Positions 40,576 through 51,187 of a DNA stretch of 64,000 bases are shown piece by piece. The stretch comes from Patescibacteria group bacterium. Lineage in GTDB: Bacteria > Patescibacteriota > WWE3 > UBA101185 > UBA10185. The stretch spans positions 13,383 to 77,382 of the forward strand of contig BPJL01000008.1 of NCBI GenBank assembly GCA_026004595.1, written 5' to 3'. Made by a program: the position numbers and the translations under genes. The notes below the pieces were generated by a model, which was given only the letters and a program-made list of their open reading frames with translations, made no database searches and had not been told where the DNA came from. The stretch's first letter is position 1. The number at the start of each line of letters is the position of its first letter.

Positions 40576-41160
40576 CCCAAGATTCTTTTGTCTGCTTTTA
40601 TGGATTGTTCCAGTTGGGTCAGCGCAGTCCCTTGTCTTTGAGTACTCAAGCGAGGCATTTAAAACAAAGCTGACATCAAACTGAATTGGAGGAGGTTGAA
40701 TTGCAAAAGCTTTTATTCTTCTGTTTCTTACTTCAGAGTTCAAAACAAGATTCTCTGACACGTCGTTGAAAGAGAGTCTAATCAGCTTCTCGACACCAGA
40801 CGGCGAAACGAGAAGACACTGTGATCCAAAAACGCTAAACGTTCTCACAATTTTTACACCCTTTGAGTCTTCTTTTATCACCTCGTGGTGAATGCAAGAA
40901 TCATACCACTTGGCTAACCATAGTATATCAAAATCACTAACCGTTGAAAGAAACCAGTTAATAATATTTTTTAGTAGCTCAGGGGTAAGAAGTGTAGTTG
41001 AACTGTCTTTTGCTATTATACACCCACGGGGATTTAGTCTTAAACGTTCAATCACCTGTTTGAATGAACCATTTACCGTGACATTATCAAATTCAAAACC
41101 CTCGAAAATCTTTATAACTCTTGATTGGTTGTCATAATGAGAAATAATGTGAAGGTCCAT
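40495..41160 (-). CDS. Hypothetical tail-anchored protein. An N-terminal glycosyltransferase-25-like pattern is possible but weak.
   Basis: A 221-aa protein with the C-terminal hydrophobic helix LYFFIIIGIIISLIIVL. MDLHIISHYDNQSRVIK resembles a GT25 N-terminus only loosely. Confidence 0.3.
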   Translation of the reverse strand: MDLHIISHYDNQSRVIKIFEGFEFDNVTVNGSFKQVIERLRLNPRGCIIAKDSSTTLLTPELLKNIINWFLSTVSDFDILWLAKWYDSCIHHEVIKEDSKGVKIVRTFSVFGSQCLLVSPSGVEKLIRLSFNDVSENLVLNSEVRNRRIKAFAIQPPPIQFDVSFVLNASLEYSKTRDCADPTGTIHKSRQKNLGLYFFIIIGIIISLIIVLKFNIYPYIR

Positions 41161-44100
41161 TTTGAGAAGTCGTGTTTAATTTGTTAGTGAATTAGTCAAG
41201 GTGTTTAACTAAGGTTTTATCGAGTATGTGTTGATGCTACGCTTTCGTAACATGCATATCTGGTGTTACACTCTCAGATATATACCGGTGATAATTGGTT
41301 CGCTAAACACGCTCGAGTCTCAAACAAGTGTCTAACCGAGTCACGTTTTGATAAATAGTCTTTTTTTAAAAAACATCAAAAGCATGATTTTATGGCCACT
41401 AGATGGTATCTGTGTTTTAAGCAAAGTGTTATAAGAAATTAAGATAAAAAACAACCCGTGATATAGTCGGGCTTAATTGGTTTTGGGAAACGCTTGTGAT
41501 ACTTTGAGACACTCAAACAAGTGTCTTACCTGGGACGTTTCGTTAAAATCCTTTCTAAAACAGTTTTTTTATCCGTGATAAACTTGATCAAAAAATGCCA
41601 AAAACATGATTTTTTATCCAGCTATATCCCGTTAAGAAAAGCATGTTTTTATGGCCACTAGATGGTATATACTGCTTGTTTTTTACAAAGTGTTATAAGA
41701 AACTAAGATAAAAAACACACGGGATGATTCTGGTGATAATTGGTCTTTGAGAAACATTTGATAGCTTTAAACCCTTAAACAAAACTTGTATCAAGTGATT
41801 CTTCGAGGCATGTTTCGTTAAAACTCTTTCTAAAACAGTCTTTTAAAACATTTGTTGTCAGTGATAAAACTTGATCAAAAATGCCAAAAACATGCTTTTT
41901 TATCCCAGTTTATCCCGTTGTAAAAAGCATGTTTTTATAGCCACTAGATGGTATATACTACTCGTTTTCTACAAACCTTTTTTAAAAAAATAAGATATAA
42001 AACACACGTGATACAACAGGGCTTAATTGGTCCTCGGGATACACTTGATTATCAAACAGATCTTGATCAAGTGTCTCGCAGGAGCACCTTCGATAAACCC
42101 TTTCTTAAACAGTCTTTTAAAAATAATTTTGACTTCATCTTGCTTGTGATAAACTTTGATCAAAAAACGTCAAAAACATACTTTTTTATCCCGCTATCAC
42201 CCGTTGTAAAAAGCATGTTTTTATAGCCACTAGATGGTATATACTACTCGTTTTTAACAAAGTTTTTAAAAAAAATAAGATATAAAACACACGGGATATA
42301 TAGGGCTTAATTGGTCCTCGGGATACATTTGATTATCAAACAGATCTTGATCAACTGTTTCTTCGACACATCTTCGACACAACTACGACACGTCTTAAGT
42401 TAAAACCTTTTTTAAACAGTCTTTTAAATTTTTTTTCCAGTGATAAAACTTGATCAAAAAACGTCAAAAACATACTTTTTTATCCCGCTATCTCCCGTTG
42501 TAAAAAGCATGTTTTTATAGCCACTAGATGATATATACTACTCGTTTTTAACAAAGTTTTCACAAATAAATAATATAAAAAACACACGGGATATATAGGG
42601 ATTAATTGGTTCTCAGGATACACTTGATTATCAAACAGATCTTGATCAACTGTTTCTTCGACACATCTTCGACACAACTACGACACGTCTTAAGTTAAAA
42701 CCTTTCTTAAACAGTCTTTTAAATTTTTTTTCCAGTGATAAAACTTGATCAAAAAACGTCAAAAACATACTTTTTTATCCCATTAACTCCCGTTGTAAAA
42801 AGCATGTTTTTATAGCCACTAGATGATATATACTACTCGTTTTTAACAAAGTTTTTTTAAAAAAATAAGATATAAAACACACGGGATATATAGGGATTAA
42901 TTGGTCCTCGGGATACACTTGATTATCAAACAGATCTTGATCAACTGTTTCTTCGACACATCTTCGACACAACTACGACACGTCTTAAGTTAAAACCTTT
43001 CTTAAACAGTCTTTTAAATTTTTTTTCCAGTGATAAAACTTGATCAAAAAACGTCAAAAACATACTTTTTTATCCCATTAACTCCCGTTGAAAGAAGCAT
43101 GTTTTTATAGCCACTAGATGATATATACTACTCGTTTTTAACAAAGTTTTTAAAAAAAATAAGATATAAAACACACGGGATACATAGGGATTAATTGGTC
43201 CTTGGGATACACTTGATTATCAAACAGATCTTGATCAACTGTTTATACGATACATCTTCGACACAACTACGACACGTCTTAAGTTAAAACCTTTCTTAAA
43301 CAGTCTTTTAAATTTTTTTTCCAGTGATAAAACTTGATCAAAAAACGTCAAAAACATACTTTTTTATCCCATTAACTCCCGTTATAAAAAGCATGTTTTT
43401 ATAGCCACTAGATGATATATACTACTCGTTTTCTACAAACCTTTTTTAAAAAAATAAGATATAAAACACACGGGATATATAGGGATTAATTGGTTCTCGG
43501 GATACACTTGATTATCAAACAGATCTTGATCAACTGTTTATACGATACATCTTCGACACGTCTTCGACACATCTTAAGTTAAAACCTTTCTTAAACAGTC
43601 TTTTAAATATTTTTTTCCAGTGATAAACTTGATCAAAAAACGTCAAAAACATACTTTTTTATCCCATTAACTCCCGTTGAAAGAAGCATGTTTTTATAGC
43701 CACTAGATGGTATATACTACTCGTTTTTAACAAAGTTTTCACAAATAAATAATATAAAAAACACACGGGATATATAGGGATTAATTGGTTCTCGGGATAC
43801 ACTTGATTATCAAACAGATCTTGATCAACTGTTTATACGATACATCTTCGACACGTCTTCGACACATCTTAAGTTAAAACCTTTCTTAAACATTCTTTTT
43901 AAATAACCTGTTATCTATGATAAAACTTGATCAAAAAACGTCAAAAACATACTTTTTTATACCGCTATCACCCGTTGTAAAAAGCATGTTTTTATAGCCA
44001 CTAGATGGGTATATACTACTCGTTTTTAACAAAGTTTTCACAAATAAATAATATAAAAAACACACGGGATATATAGGGATTAATTGGTTCTCGGGATACA

Positions 44101-44439
44101 CTTGATTATCAAACAGATCTTGATCAACTGTTTCTTCGACACATCTTCGACACAACTTTGAGACGTCTTAAGTTAAAACCTTTCTTAAACATTCTTTTTA
44201 AATAACCTGTTATCTATGATAAAACTTGATCAAAAAACGTCAAAAACATACTTTTTTATTCCTGTTTATCCCGTTAGAAAAAGCATGTTTTTATAGCCAC
44301 TAGATGGTATATACTACTGTGTTTTACGCAAAGCTCTATAAGAAATTAAAACAAAAAACACACGTGACATAGCTGGTGATAAAATGATATGATACATGCT
44401 TGATACTTAAACAGGTTTGTGACAGCCATGTTCTCGTGA
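41161..44439. repeat. Non-coding tandem array 2: about 11 copies of the same ~285-295 bp MITE-like unit as array 1.
   Basis: The core ccactagatgg recurs at roughly 41396, 41655, 41942, 42228, 42525, 42817, 43113, 43406, 43698, 43999 and 44297. The units at 41580-41830 are near-identical to array-1 units at 20050-20230. Only 65-74 aa repeat-derived ORFs occur. Confidence 0.85.
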
Positions 44440-45024
44440 TCAAGGTGTGTTTAAACACTTGATAAAGTCTATTAACAGCTGCTCATACAGTATTGTGTCG
44501 CTTAGGTCGTCCTTCTTTTTCTCGTTTAACAAGAGTTCTGGGTCTTCGCCGTTTTTCAACAGGAACTCTTTTGCCTTTTCTACTGAAAGTTTCTTAACGT
44601 TTTCTTTTCTTTTCTTAAAAAACCTGTTTTTTAGTTTCGAATTGATACTAACTATTGAGGGTAACCTGTCCTTTAGTAACACCATTAAAGAGCTGATTAT
44701 ATGCTGTTCCATTCTGGTTAGTTCATGATTAAAAGGCATCTGGGACTCTACTCCTATGACTGATGACTTTTTTATCTCTGGTAAAAGTTCCTCCATGATT
44801 TTCACTAGGTTAAGGTAAGACCCATTATAGTCAAGGGTCTTATCTGGTTTTAAGTCAAACCTTTTTAGTATCACCGTTTTTGATCTGTCTGTGTCGGGTG
44901 AGTAAAGAGACATTCTAACTGCAAGGTTTCTTATTCCTGGGTCAATTGTTGTTATGTAAAAGGGTTTATCCGGTCTTATAACAAGTGGTGTGAAAAACTT
45001 CATTTTAATAAACAGCCCGTTCAA
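44440..45024 (-). CDS. Holliday-junction resolvase, RuvC-fold (poxvirus A22-like).
   Basis: ITTIDPGIRNLAV is the first motif, with its Asp. IGVESQM is the catalytic Glu motif. Compare vaccinia A22 FDIGAKNPA and LLERQ. Confidence 0.5.
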   Translation of the reverse strand: MNGLFIKMKFFTPLVIRPDKPFYITTIDPGIRNLAVRMSLYSPDTDRSKTVILKRFDLKPDKTLDYNGSYLNLVKIMEELLPEIKKSSVIGVESQMPFNHELTRMEQHIISSLMVLLKDRLPSIVSINSKLKNRFFKKRKENVKKLSVEKAKEFLLKNGEDPELLLNEKKKDDLSDTILYEQLLIDFIKCLNTP

Positions 45025-45027
45025 ACT

Positions 45028-45909
45028 CTAGTCATTTTTTCCCTGAAGTATAACCGTTAATTCAGCGAACACACCACAGGGTACTTCTAATCTTGTGATC
45101 TGGTTTTTCTTTGAATAAACTCTCACGATTCCGTTTAGGTTTAGGTTTATCATCTTTGACAGTGCTTTCATATCACTGTGTGAAACCTTTGTAACGAACT
45201 TTTTCTGCGAGTCATCACAGTTTCCCCATGTGTCATTTCTCCCCATTGACCCCGTTTGGGTGTAAGTTACTATTCTAACACCATTTGGATAGACTATTAT
45301 CGCTGAGTTGTTTTTCGTTTTTGCTATTCCTGAGCATATTGTGCAGAATGACACTAAAGGTATCACATGGTTTGGTAGATCATTTTCTTTTACACCGTCC
45401 TCTACTTCATAGCTTATGTGTTCATATGCCTGTGTTCTAAAGTAGATTACACCCTGAGAAAGGAGTTTTCCTCCACCTAGCGCCTTTCCAAACACGTAGT
45501 CTCTGTAATCACTGCTTTGATAGATTGTGATACCATCTCTTTTCGATATGTTCTTTATCTGTTCCAAAAAGAATGCGATGTTAATGTTGACTTTATGCTG
45601 ATTACACCCTTTATCATTGAACTTTTCTTCATTGATATAATACTTTATCAGGTTTTTTCTATTTATAAAGAGTCTAACCAGCATTGTGTTTTGACCGTTT
45701 CCCCTTTCCAGGTATATACCTTTGCTGTTTATGGTTAGGGGAGCGCATGGTAAAGCCAGCCTAAGAAACTCAAATAGTTGTCTTAGCGTGTAACCATCGT
45801 GAAAATCTATTTCAAAAATAAGCTCGTCTTTATTAATAACTTCTCCTGGTATCATTTTTAACATTATATGAAATAAAATTAATACAGTTTCATATAAAAT
45901 GGATAACAT
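45028..45909 (-). CDS. PCNA-like sliding clamp.
   Basis: FEIDFHDGYTLRQLFEFL...PLTINSKGIYLER...TMLVRLFI aligns by eye with PCNA FEARLVQGSILKKVLEAL...WDISSSGVNLQS...VSLVQLTL. The C-terminal PLVSFCTICSGI...AIIVYPNGVRIV...TGSMG is consistent with PSGEFARICRDL...VVISCAKDGVKF...GELGNG. Confidence 0.55.
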   Translation of the reverse strand: MLSILYETVLILFHIMLKMIPGEVINKDELIFEIDFHDGYTLRQLFEFLRLALPCAPLTINSKGIYLERGNGQNTMLVRLFINRKNLIKYYINEEKFNDKGCNQHKVNINIAFFLEQIKNISKRDGITIYQSSDYRDYVFGKALGGGKLLSQGVIYFRTQAYEHISYEVEDGVKENDLPNHVIPLVSFCTICSGIAKTKNNSAIIVYPNGVRIVTYTQTGSMGRNDTWGNCDDSQKKFVTKVSHSDMKALSKMINLNLNGIVRVYSKKNQITRLEVPCGVFAELTVILQGKND

Positions 45910-46210
45910 AATGACGAAGTATGAATACGCAAGGTTATTGGGTACACTTGCTAAACTCTACGAAAAAGACTTTCCTGTGCATCCAAAGTTAATGGAAGAA
46001 GCAAAGAAAAGAAAAATCTACGACCCACTTGATCTAGCTACCCTTCACCTTAGCATGAAGGAGCTTCCCTGTCCGATTCTTTTGGTTAGACGCCGTCCCG
46101 ACGGCTCTGTATTGAAGCTTTCCCCCAGAGAGATGATATTACCCGACGAACTAACCATCGAAAACGATTCTCTTTTTAACGGGGGTATTGTTGTTTTTAG
46201 GGCTACTTAA
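45899..46210 (+). CDS. RPB6: RNA polymerase subunit RPB6 (RpoK/omega-like).
   Basis: TKYEYARLLGTLAKL...DPLDLATLHLSMKELPCPILLVRRRPDGSV matches RPB6 TKYERARILGTRALQ...DPLEIA..EL....IP..IRR.LPDGS. Confidence 0.82.
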   Translation: MDNIMTKYEYARLLGTLAKLYEKDFPVHPKLMEEAKKRKIYDPLDLATLHLSMKELPCPILLVRRRPDGSVLKLSPREMILPDELTIENDSLFNGGIVVFRAT

Positions 46211-46651
46211 CACGTTTGTTAACTGATTCTGGATAAGGGAACTGATTCCGTCTCCTCCCAGCATGTTTGATAGGAACTTTACCGCGAAGAACATAACCGT
46301 GTTTAACAGCATCACGATTAACAGACGGACTTCTACTGGCCACTTTCTATCTGACTCAACAAAATATTTTTCACAAAGTTCTATCAGAATCTCTTTGTAG
46401 CTTGAGATTGATTTGATCTGGTGACTTGCATAGCCTTTCATATCAAGACCAAAAACTCTGACGAAAAGAAACTCTATCGCGAGAAAGAAAAGATGGAGAT
46501 AGATATTCCAGTTATCAATGTTAAACTTTGGTTTTTCCACCACTTGATTCGGTTTACTGATTGGTATACTTGGCTGCTCTACGCTTTCTTCAGAATCACT
46601 TTCTATATCAGGAATAGTTGGAATTGGAAGTTTAAAACAGTGTTGATCCAT
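46151..46651 (-). CDS. Hypothetical membrane protein.
   Basis: It has hydrophobic helices. I moved the start to the internal ATG (MDQHCFKL) so that it does not overlap the divergent ligase gene. Confidence 0.35.
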   Translation of the reverse strand: MDQHCFKLPIPTIPDIESDSEESVEQPSIPISKPNQVVEKPKFNIDNWNIYLHLFFLAIEFLFVRVFGLDMKGYASHQIKSISSYKEILIELCEKYFVESDRKWPVEVRLLIVMLLNTVMFFAVKFLSNMLGGDGISSLIQNQLTNVLSSPKNNNTPVKKRIVFDG

Positions 46652-46694
46652 TTTAATTAAAAAATAAAAGTTTATACTACTTCCATTATAAAAA

Positions 46695-47969
46695 ATGATC
46701 ACAATCGATCTTGGTGTTGAAAGGCTAGCCGAAGGAGAAGTTATACAAGAAGCTATTAATGATGATATACCGGTGTATAACATCTTTGAAACGCCTCCGA
46801 ACCCTGAAACGTTAAAACATAAAAAAGAGCTTGACGAAAGAGAACAAAAGCTGTTAACCGTGAAAAAGTGGATGTTTAAGCCCCTTTACAAACAACAGTT
46901 CGGGCGTTCAGCCCCGTCTGTCTGGTACGTGATTTATGACGAAGAGAATCACGTGTTAGAAAAAGTGTCGGGTATGATTGGTGGTGCTTTGCGTTCAGTA
47001 AAACAGGAGGTTAAACTCAATGAGTCTGGTCGCGGTTATCACGAACAGGCTGTTCTTGAAGCAAGGTCACTTTACGTGAAAAAGTATAGAAACGACCTTT
47101 ACTATCCAGCTGGAGAACCACCTCCTTTACTCAAGGAACCGATGCTTGCCAGCAAGTACGAACCAAACATGAAACTTAATTTTCCCGTGATAGTACAACC
47201 CAAACTTGATGGTGCAAGGTGTATAGTCAGAATAATCAATGGAGAAGTTGAGTTTAGATCAAGGGGTAACAAAAAGTTTTGTCATCTAAATAATGAATTT
47301 GGAGACGAAATTAGCAAATTTATGTCCTATCTTCCATTTAGATGTCAACTTGATGGTGAAGTGTACATTCACGGTGTATCATTTTCAAAGTTTACTGAAG
47401 CACTTAAGAACGTTAACAAGAAGGTTCCCCTTTTATCAAAGGCCTACTATATGATATTTGACCTGATAGTTGACAACGTACCAGCAAGAGAAAGGCACCA
47501 GATAGCAGAAGACGCCTTTAGGGCTTACAGACTTGACGGTAACAGCTTTAACAGGTTTAGAGTAGTCAGGTCTTTTCTTGCCAATTCTCACGAGGAGATA
47601 GCAAAAGCACACAGAATATTTAGAGAGAACGGTTTTGAGGGAACAATCATAAGAAAGTGTGATGCCTTCTACAAACCGAGAACAGGAACCTGTATGCTTA
47701 AGTTGAAAGACATTCAAGATGCTGAGGGAACGGTGGTAAAAGTTGAAGAGGGAAAGGGTAACGAAAAAGGGTTAGCGATTCTCGTGATAGAGTGTGAAAA
47801 CGGCAAAAGGGTTAGAATGAGACCAGCCTTTCCCTTTTCTGTAAGGAGAGAATGGTTTTTAAAACCAGAAACCATTTTAGGCAAAAAGGTAACGTATCAG
47901 TACCAAACAATATCTGATTATGGTGTACCGATTCATCCCGTGATGAAAGCGGTGAGGGACTACGAATGA
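46695..47969 (+). CDS. ATP-dependent DNA ligase-like covalent nucleotidyltransferase (minimal T7/Chlorella-virus type) with a ~150-aa N-terminal extension.
   Basis: Motif I PKLDGARC, motif III QLDGEVYIHG, motif IV FEGTIIRK and motif V CMLKLKD are all present. EG in motif IV and KLK in motif V favour a ligase over a capping guanylyltransferase. Confidence 0.55.
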   Translation: MITIDLGVERLAEGEVIQEAINDDIPVYNIFETPPNPETLKHKKELDEREQKLLTVKKWMFKPLYKQQFGRSAPSVWYVIYDEENHVLEKVSGMIGGALRSVKQEVKLNESGRGYHEQAVLEARSLYVKKYRNDLYYPAGEPPPLLKEPMLASKYEPNMKLNFPVIVQPKLDGARCIVRIINGEVEFRSRGNKKFCHLNNEFGDEISKFMSYLPFRCQLDGEVYIHGVSFSKFTEALKNVNKKVPLLSKAYYMIFDLIVDNVPARERHQIAEDAFRAYRLDGNSFNRFRVVRSFLANSHEEIAKAHRIFRENGFEGTIIRKCDAFYKPRTGTCMLKLKDIQDAEGTVVKVEEGKGNEKGLAILVIECENGKRVRMRPAFPFSVRREWFLKPETILGKKVTYQYQTISDYGVPIHPVMKAVRDYE

Positions 47970-47971
47970 TC

Positions 47972-49183
47972 CTATATCAAGGGCGTGTACTTTAGACCCG
48001 TTCTTTCACACATTATTTTCCACATTCTATCATGGTACTCTAACGACTCCCTTGAAGAAATAGTCTTAAAGTCAGTTAGTTCACATGGGTAGTCTCTGGC
48101 TTTAAGATGAAGGTAGAGCCTTAGTTGGACATTAAGACTGGAACCCCTTTCCTTTATCTCTTCATAAACCTTTTGTGTTTCTTCATAGTCCTTGATTATC
48201 TGTTGTCTTATGTCTGAAATGTCTGGAGGTTTCCACCCCCAATAGTTCATTGCGATATGATTAACACAACCATAATACTGTGAGTTCTTCGTAGCGGAAA
48301 GGGCTTGAATTAGTATCTGGATTGACGTGTTCTCTCTTTTTCCATTATCAAGGAGTTTAAACCTTTTCTTAACCTCTTCCCCAGTATAAAAGCCGATACT
48401 GGTGAAATAGTTATCCAGGTCTTTATAAAGTTTACTGGGTATGGCTATATGAGTTTTACCGGAGAACTGATCAAGTGCTTTGATAAAGTTACTTCTGTCA
48501 TCATATTCTGTTTTGCCAGAGCTGTTAAGTCTATCTATGTCTTTATAAACTATCTCGTTGACGTAAGAGAGGGCTTTATACCCGCATTCACATTCTGTGT
48601 CATCACTGGACTGTTTTCCACAGCCTTCACACAAAATCTTTTTATCAAACTCTCTTATCACGTCAAACTCAACGTAATCACTTGCAACGGTGATATACTT
48701 TTCTATTAGGTCTAACACGTTAGAGTTATCACTGTCTTTCTCACCGAATACAACTTTAGAAATTAACTTTACATACTTTTCTAGTAAGGGCTTTGCTCTT
48801 GAAGAATATGATTCCCAGTGTTTACCGGAATCATATTTTTTTATCTCCTCCTCCAGTTCTTTTATTGTCTCTAGTATCTTCGTTGACTCAACAAGAGTTA
48901 AATTCTTTTTCTCTAGTATCTTTTTTAAGAAAATAATCCTGCTTTTATACTCCTTTACCATAAACCTTTTATACGAAAAAAGTCTTCTGATTGAATCATG
49001 TATCTTGATTATGTCAATGTTTTTCTTCAAAACAACTTTTATCATTTTTGGATACTCGATTATTTTCGGAGAAGGTGTATTAAAGTTAAGTATCTCTGAA
49101 ATATTATCATCATAAACAGGCGGTTCATCTAGACTAAATGATATGTCTATATTTTCATCTGTTCCTGAGAACTTTACTATCAT
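47972..49183 (-). CDS. Zinc-finger protein; possibly a VLTF3-like late transcription factor (weak).
   Basis: The 403-aa protein has a central CEGCG...CECG zinc knuckle. It has no enzymatic motifs. Confidence 0.35.
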   Translation of the reverse strand: MIVKFSGTDENIDISFSLDEPPVYDDNISEILNFNTPSPKIIEYPKMIKVVLKKNIDIIKIHDSIRRLFSYKRFMVKEYKSRIIFLKKILEKKNLTLVESTKILETIKELEEEIKKYDSGKHWESYSSRAKPLLEKYVKLISKVVFGEKDSDNSNVLDLIEKYITVASDYVEFDVIREFDKKILCEGCGKQSSDDTECECGYKALSYVNEIVYKDIDRLNSSGKTEYDDRSNFIKALDQFSGKTHIAIPSKLYKDLDNYFTSIGFYTGEEVKKRFKLLDNGKRENTSIQILIQALSATKNSQYYGCVNHIAMNYWGWKPPDISDIRQQIIKDYEETQKVYEEIKERGSSLNVQLRLYLHLKARDYPCELTDFKTISSRESLEYHDRMWKIMCERTGLKYTPLI

Positions 49184-49217
49184 ATTTTAATTTTGGGTTT
49201 ATATGTTTTTGCGTTTC

Positions 49218-50201
49218 TTATACCATTTTATTTTTAATGCTGCTTAAGTCAATGCTACGCTGAGACTTTTTTTCCTCAAGATCCTTCACTTTTTCCTTAA
49301 GCTCATTAATAAAGTTTTTATAACGATCTCCATTATCACCCAGAATATTAAACAGCTTCTTAAAGTCTTCCTTTCTTTCGTTTTTTATCTTTCCATTTTC
49401 AGCAATCTCATCGCTGTCATAGAAAACAAACACCTTGTTATAGGGAGGAGTGTCACCGAAGAACAATGCTTTCTCTTCTGGTTGATTTTTACGACTATAT
49501 AGCCTTGTCATTCTATCTCCATTGAACCTGGTAGCGTTAACATATTTTGCAGACCTGATAATATTTAAAATAAGGTCTTGCCTCTTATCAGCTGGTAGTT
49601 TGCTTGGACTTTTTGTTACCGTTACAGCCGTTTCAGCATCAACCACCTGAAGATCATTCTTCTTTAAAATATCAGTAAGTGTTCTAGCAAGAACGTTACC
49701 CGTTGTTAAACTGCTTGTTTCTTTGGCTATTGTCTTTGACTCTTCAACAAGCCTCTCAAAGAGATTTTTCCTTGTTGTTAATCCGTTACTGTGTATTGAG
49801 AGTCTTCCGTCTCGATTCTTCTTAAGGTATATTTCTTCAATCATTTTTTTGTCGTCCTGATAGTTATCGATCGTGAGCATGCTTTCTAGAAGCTTTAACT
49901 TTAACTCTTCAGCCTCTTTTTTATCATCAATGATAGCCCTCGTGATAATATCAGTTAATATCATTATGTCTTTTTCAACCCCTGCTAGCCTTAGTGATGG
50001 AAGGTAAACAAATTCATTATCATACACTCTGGAACCTGGTTTCCAAAAGGTTTTAGTTGATGCACTGATTTTTACCTCGCCGAAGGTATAAGACACTGCC
50101 CCTTTGTTCGACGTCCTCAGTGAAACCCTGATAAAATGCTCCGGGGATAGGTTTTTATACTTTTTCAGATACCTGTCTACAATAGCACTTTCACTTGTCA
50201 T
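49218..50201 (-). CDS. Hypothetical protein.
   Basis: A 327-aa ORF. Confidence 0.4.
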   Translation of the reverse strand: MTSESAIVDRYLKKYKNLSPEHFIRVSLRTSNKGAVSYTFGEVKISASTKTFWKPGSRVYDNEFVYLPSLRLAGVEKDIMILTDIITRAIIDDKKEAEELKLKLLESMLTIDNYQDDKKMIEEIYLKKNRDGRLSIHSNGLTTRKNLFERLVEESKTIAKETSSLTTGNVLARTLTDILKKNDLQVVDAETAVTVTKSPSKLPADKRQDLILNIIRSAKYVNATRFNGDRMTRLYSRKNQPEEKALFFGDTPPYNKVFVFYDSDEIAENGKIKNERKEDFKKLFNILGDNGDRYKNFINELKEKVKDLEEKKSQRSIDLSSIKNKMV

Positions 50202-50239
50202 TTTATAAACTTATCTTTTGTTTAATGCAGTTTCAATGA

Positions 50240-50491
50240 CTAATCTACTACAGAACTTCGTCGGGTAGTTTCCAACTTCGTCTCAATTTCATCAAGTCTT
50301 TCACTGAGTTTATTAACGGACGAAGCAAGCATGTTAAAATGTTCTATGTAGTGTTCCTGAAGTTTTACTATTTCGTTCATTTTCTCCATTATCTCGTTGT
50401 ATCTTTTGATTATAAAAACATAGGATCCTGTGCTTAACATTAGATTGCTTACAGTTATAACACCTAATGGTGTAAAGAAAGAGTTTTCCAT
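50240..50491 (-). CDS. Small protein with an N-terminal transmembrane helix and a coiled coil.
   Basis: An 83-aa protein. Confidence 0.3.
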   Translation of the reverse strand: MENSFFTPLGVITVSNLMLSTGSYVFIIKRYNEIMEKMNEIVKLQEHYIEHFNMLASSVNKLSERLDEIETKLETTRRSSVVD

Positions 50492-50500
50492 TTTAAACTA

Positions 50501-51157
50501 TTAATCAAGTATTTTTTCTATTAAGTTTTTGTACTCTTTTGTTATCACTGGTGCGAATCCTAATTTGGAACCGTCAAATAGATTACCATTCAGTTCAACG
50601 TAGTATCTAATCAAGCCTGCTACAACCTTTTCAGGGTCCTCTTCTAGTATTGAAGGGTCCTTCTCTAACACGAGATCCAGCAGTTTACCAACCTCTTCCT
50701 CATTGACTGATGCTTTTTTACAAAAACTGCTCAGGTAAATCTTTGGAGAAAAAACGACTATTGGCGCATGTTTCTGTAGCAAGTCTCTGTTCTTTATACC
50801 TGAAACTATTCTCATTGCCATGTTAACATCTTTCTCTCTCAAGTCAAGATGATTTATAACATGCTTTATATTAAAAGTCTTTCTGTTAAGGAGGTGATAT
50901 ATATAGATATAAGCAAAGATTAGTCTGTTTCTGCTTTTCTTCTTCTTTGAAAGTATTTCTCTGGAGTGGTTCTCTATCATCCAGTCTAAACAGTCCTTCG
51001 AAACGGGCAAATTTGACAAAACATCCCCCCTTGGCTTGTAAATGTGAGTATGTGTTTCCCCTTTCATCGGGATACACATATTGATGTTTTCTCCTACATG
51101 AAGACCACAGCTGGTGCAGATATTGTTATCTATATCTTCGTGATTACAGTTTTCCAT
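50501..51157 (-). CDS. Possible TFIIB-like transcription factor (zinc ribbon plus helical domain).
   Basis: The N-terminus is CNHEDIDNNICTSCG, a C-H-C-C ribbon, followed by a helical region. The similarity is weak. Confidence 0.3.
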   Translation of the reverse strand: MENCNHEDIDNNICTSCGLHVGENINMCIPMKGETHTHIYKPRGDVLSNLPVSKDCLDWMIENHSREILSKKKKSRNRLIFAYIYIYHLLNRKTFNIKHVINHLDLREKDVNMAMRIVSGIKNRDLLQKHAPIVVFSPKIYLSSFCKKASVNEEEVGKLLDLVLEKDPSILEEDPEKVVAGLIRYYVELNGNLFDGSKLGFAPVITKEYKNLIEKILD

Positions 51158-51187
51158 ATTTTTGTAAAAAGCATGTTTATATCTTTA

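Noticed and set aside
42480-44155. Three ~65-74 aa minus-strand ORFs (42480..42677, 42775..42972, 43931..44155) with near-identical products, MCRRCVEETVDQDLFDNQVYPE...
   Set aside because: They sit at the same position inside successive copies of the non-coding repeat unit. Their conservation reflects repeat identity, not selection. They have no start context and no features of a real protein.
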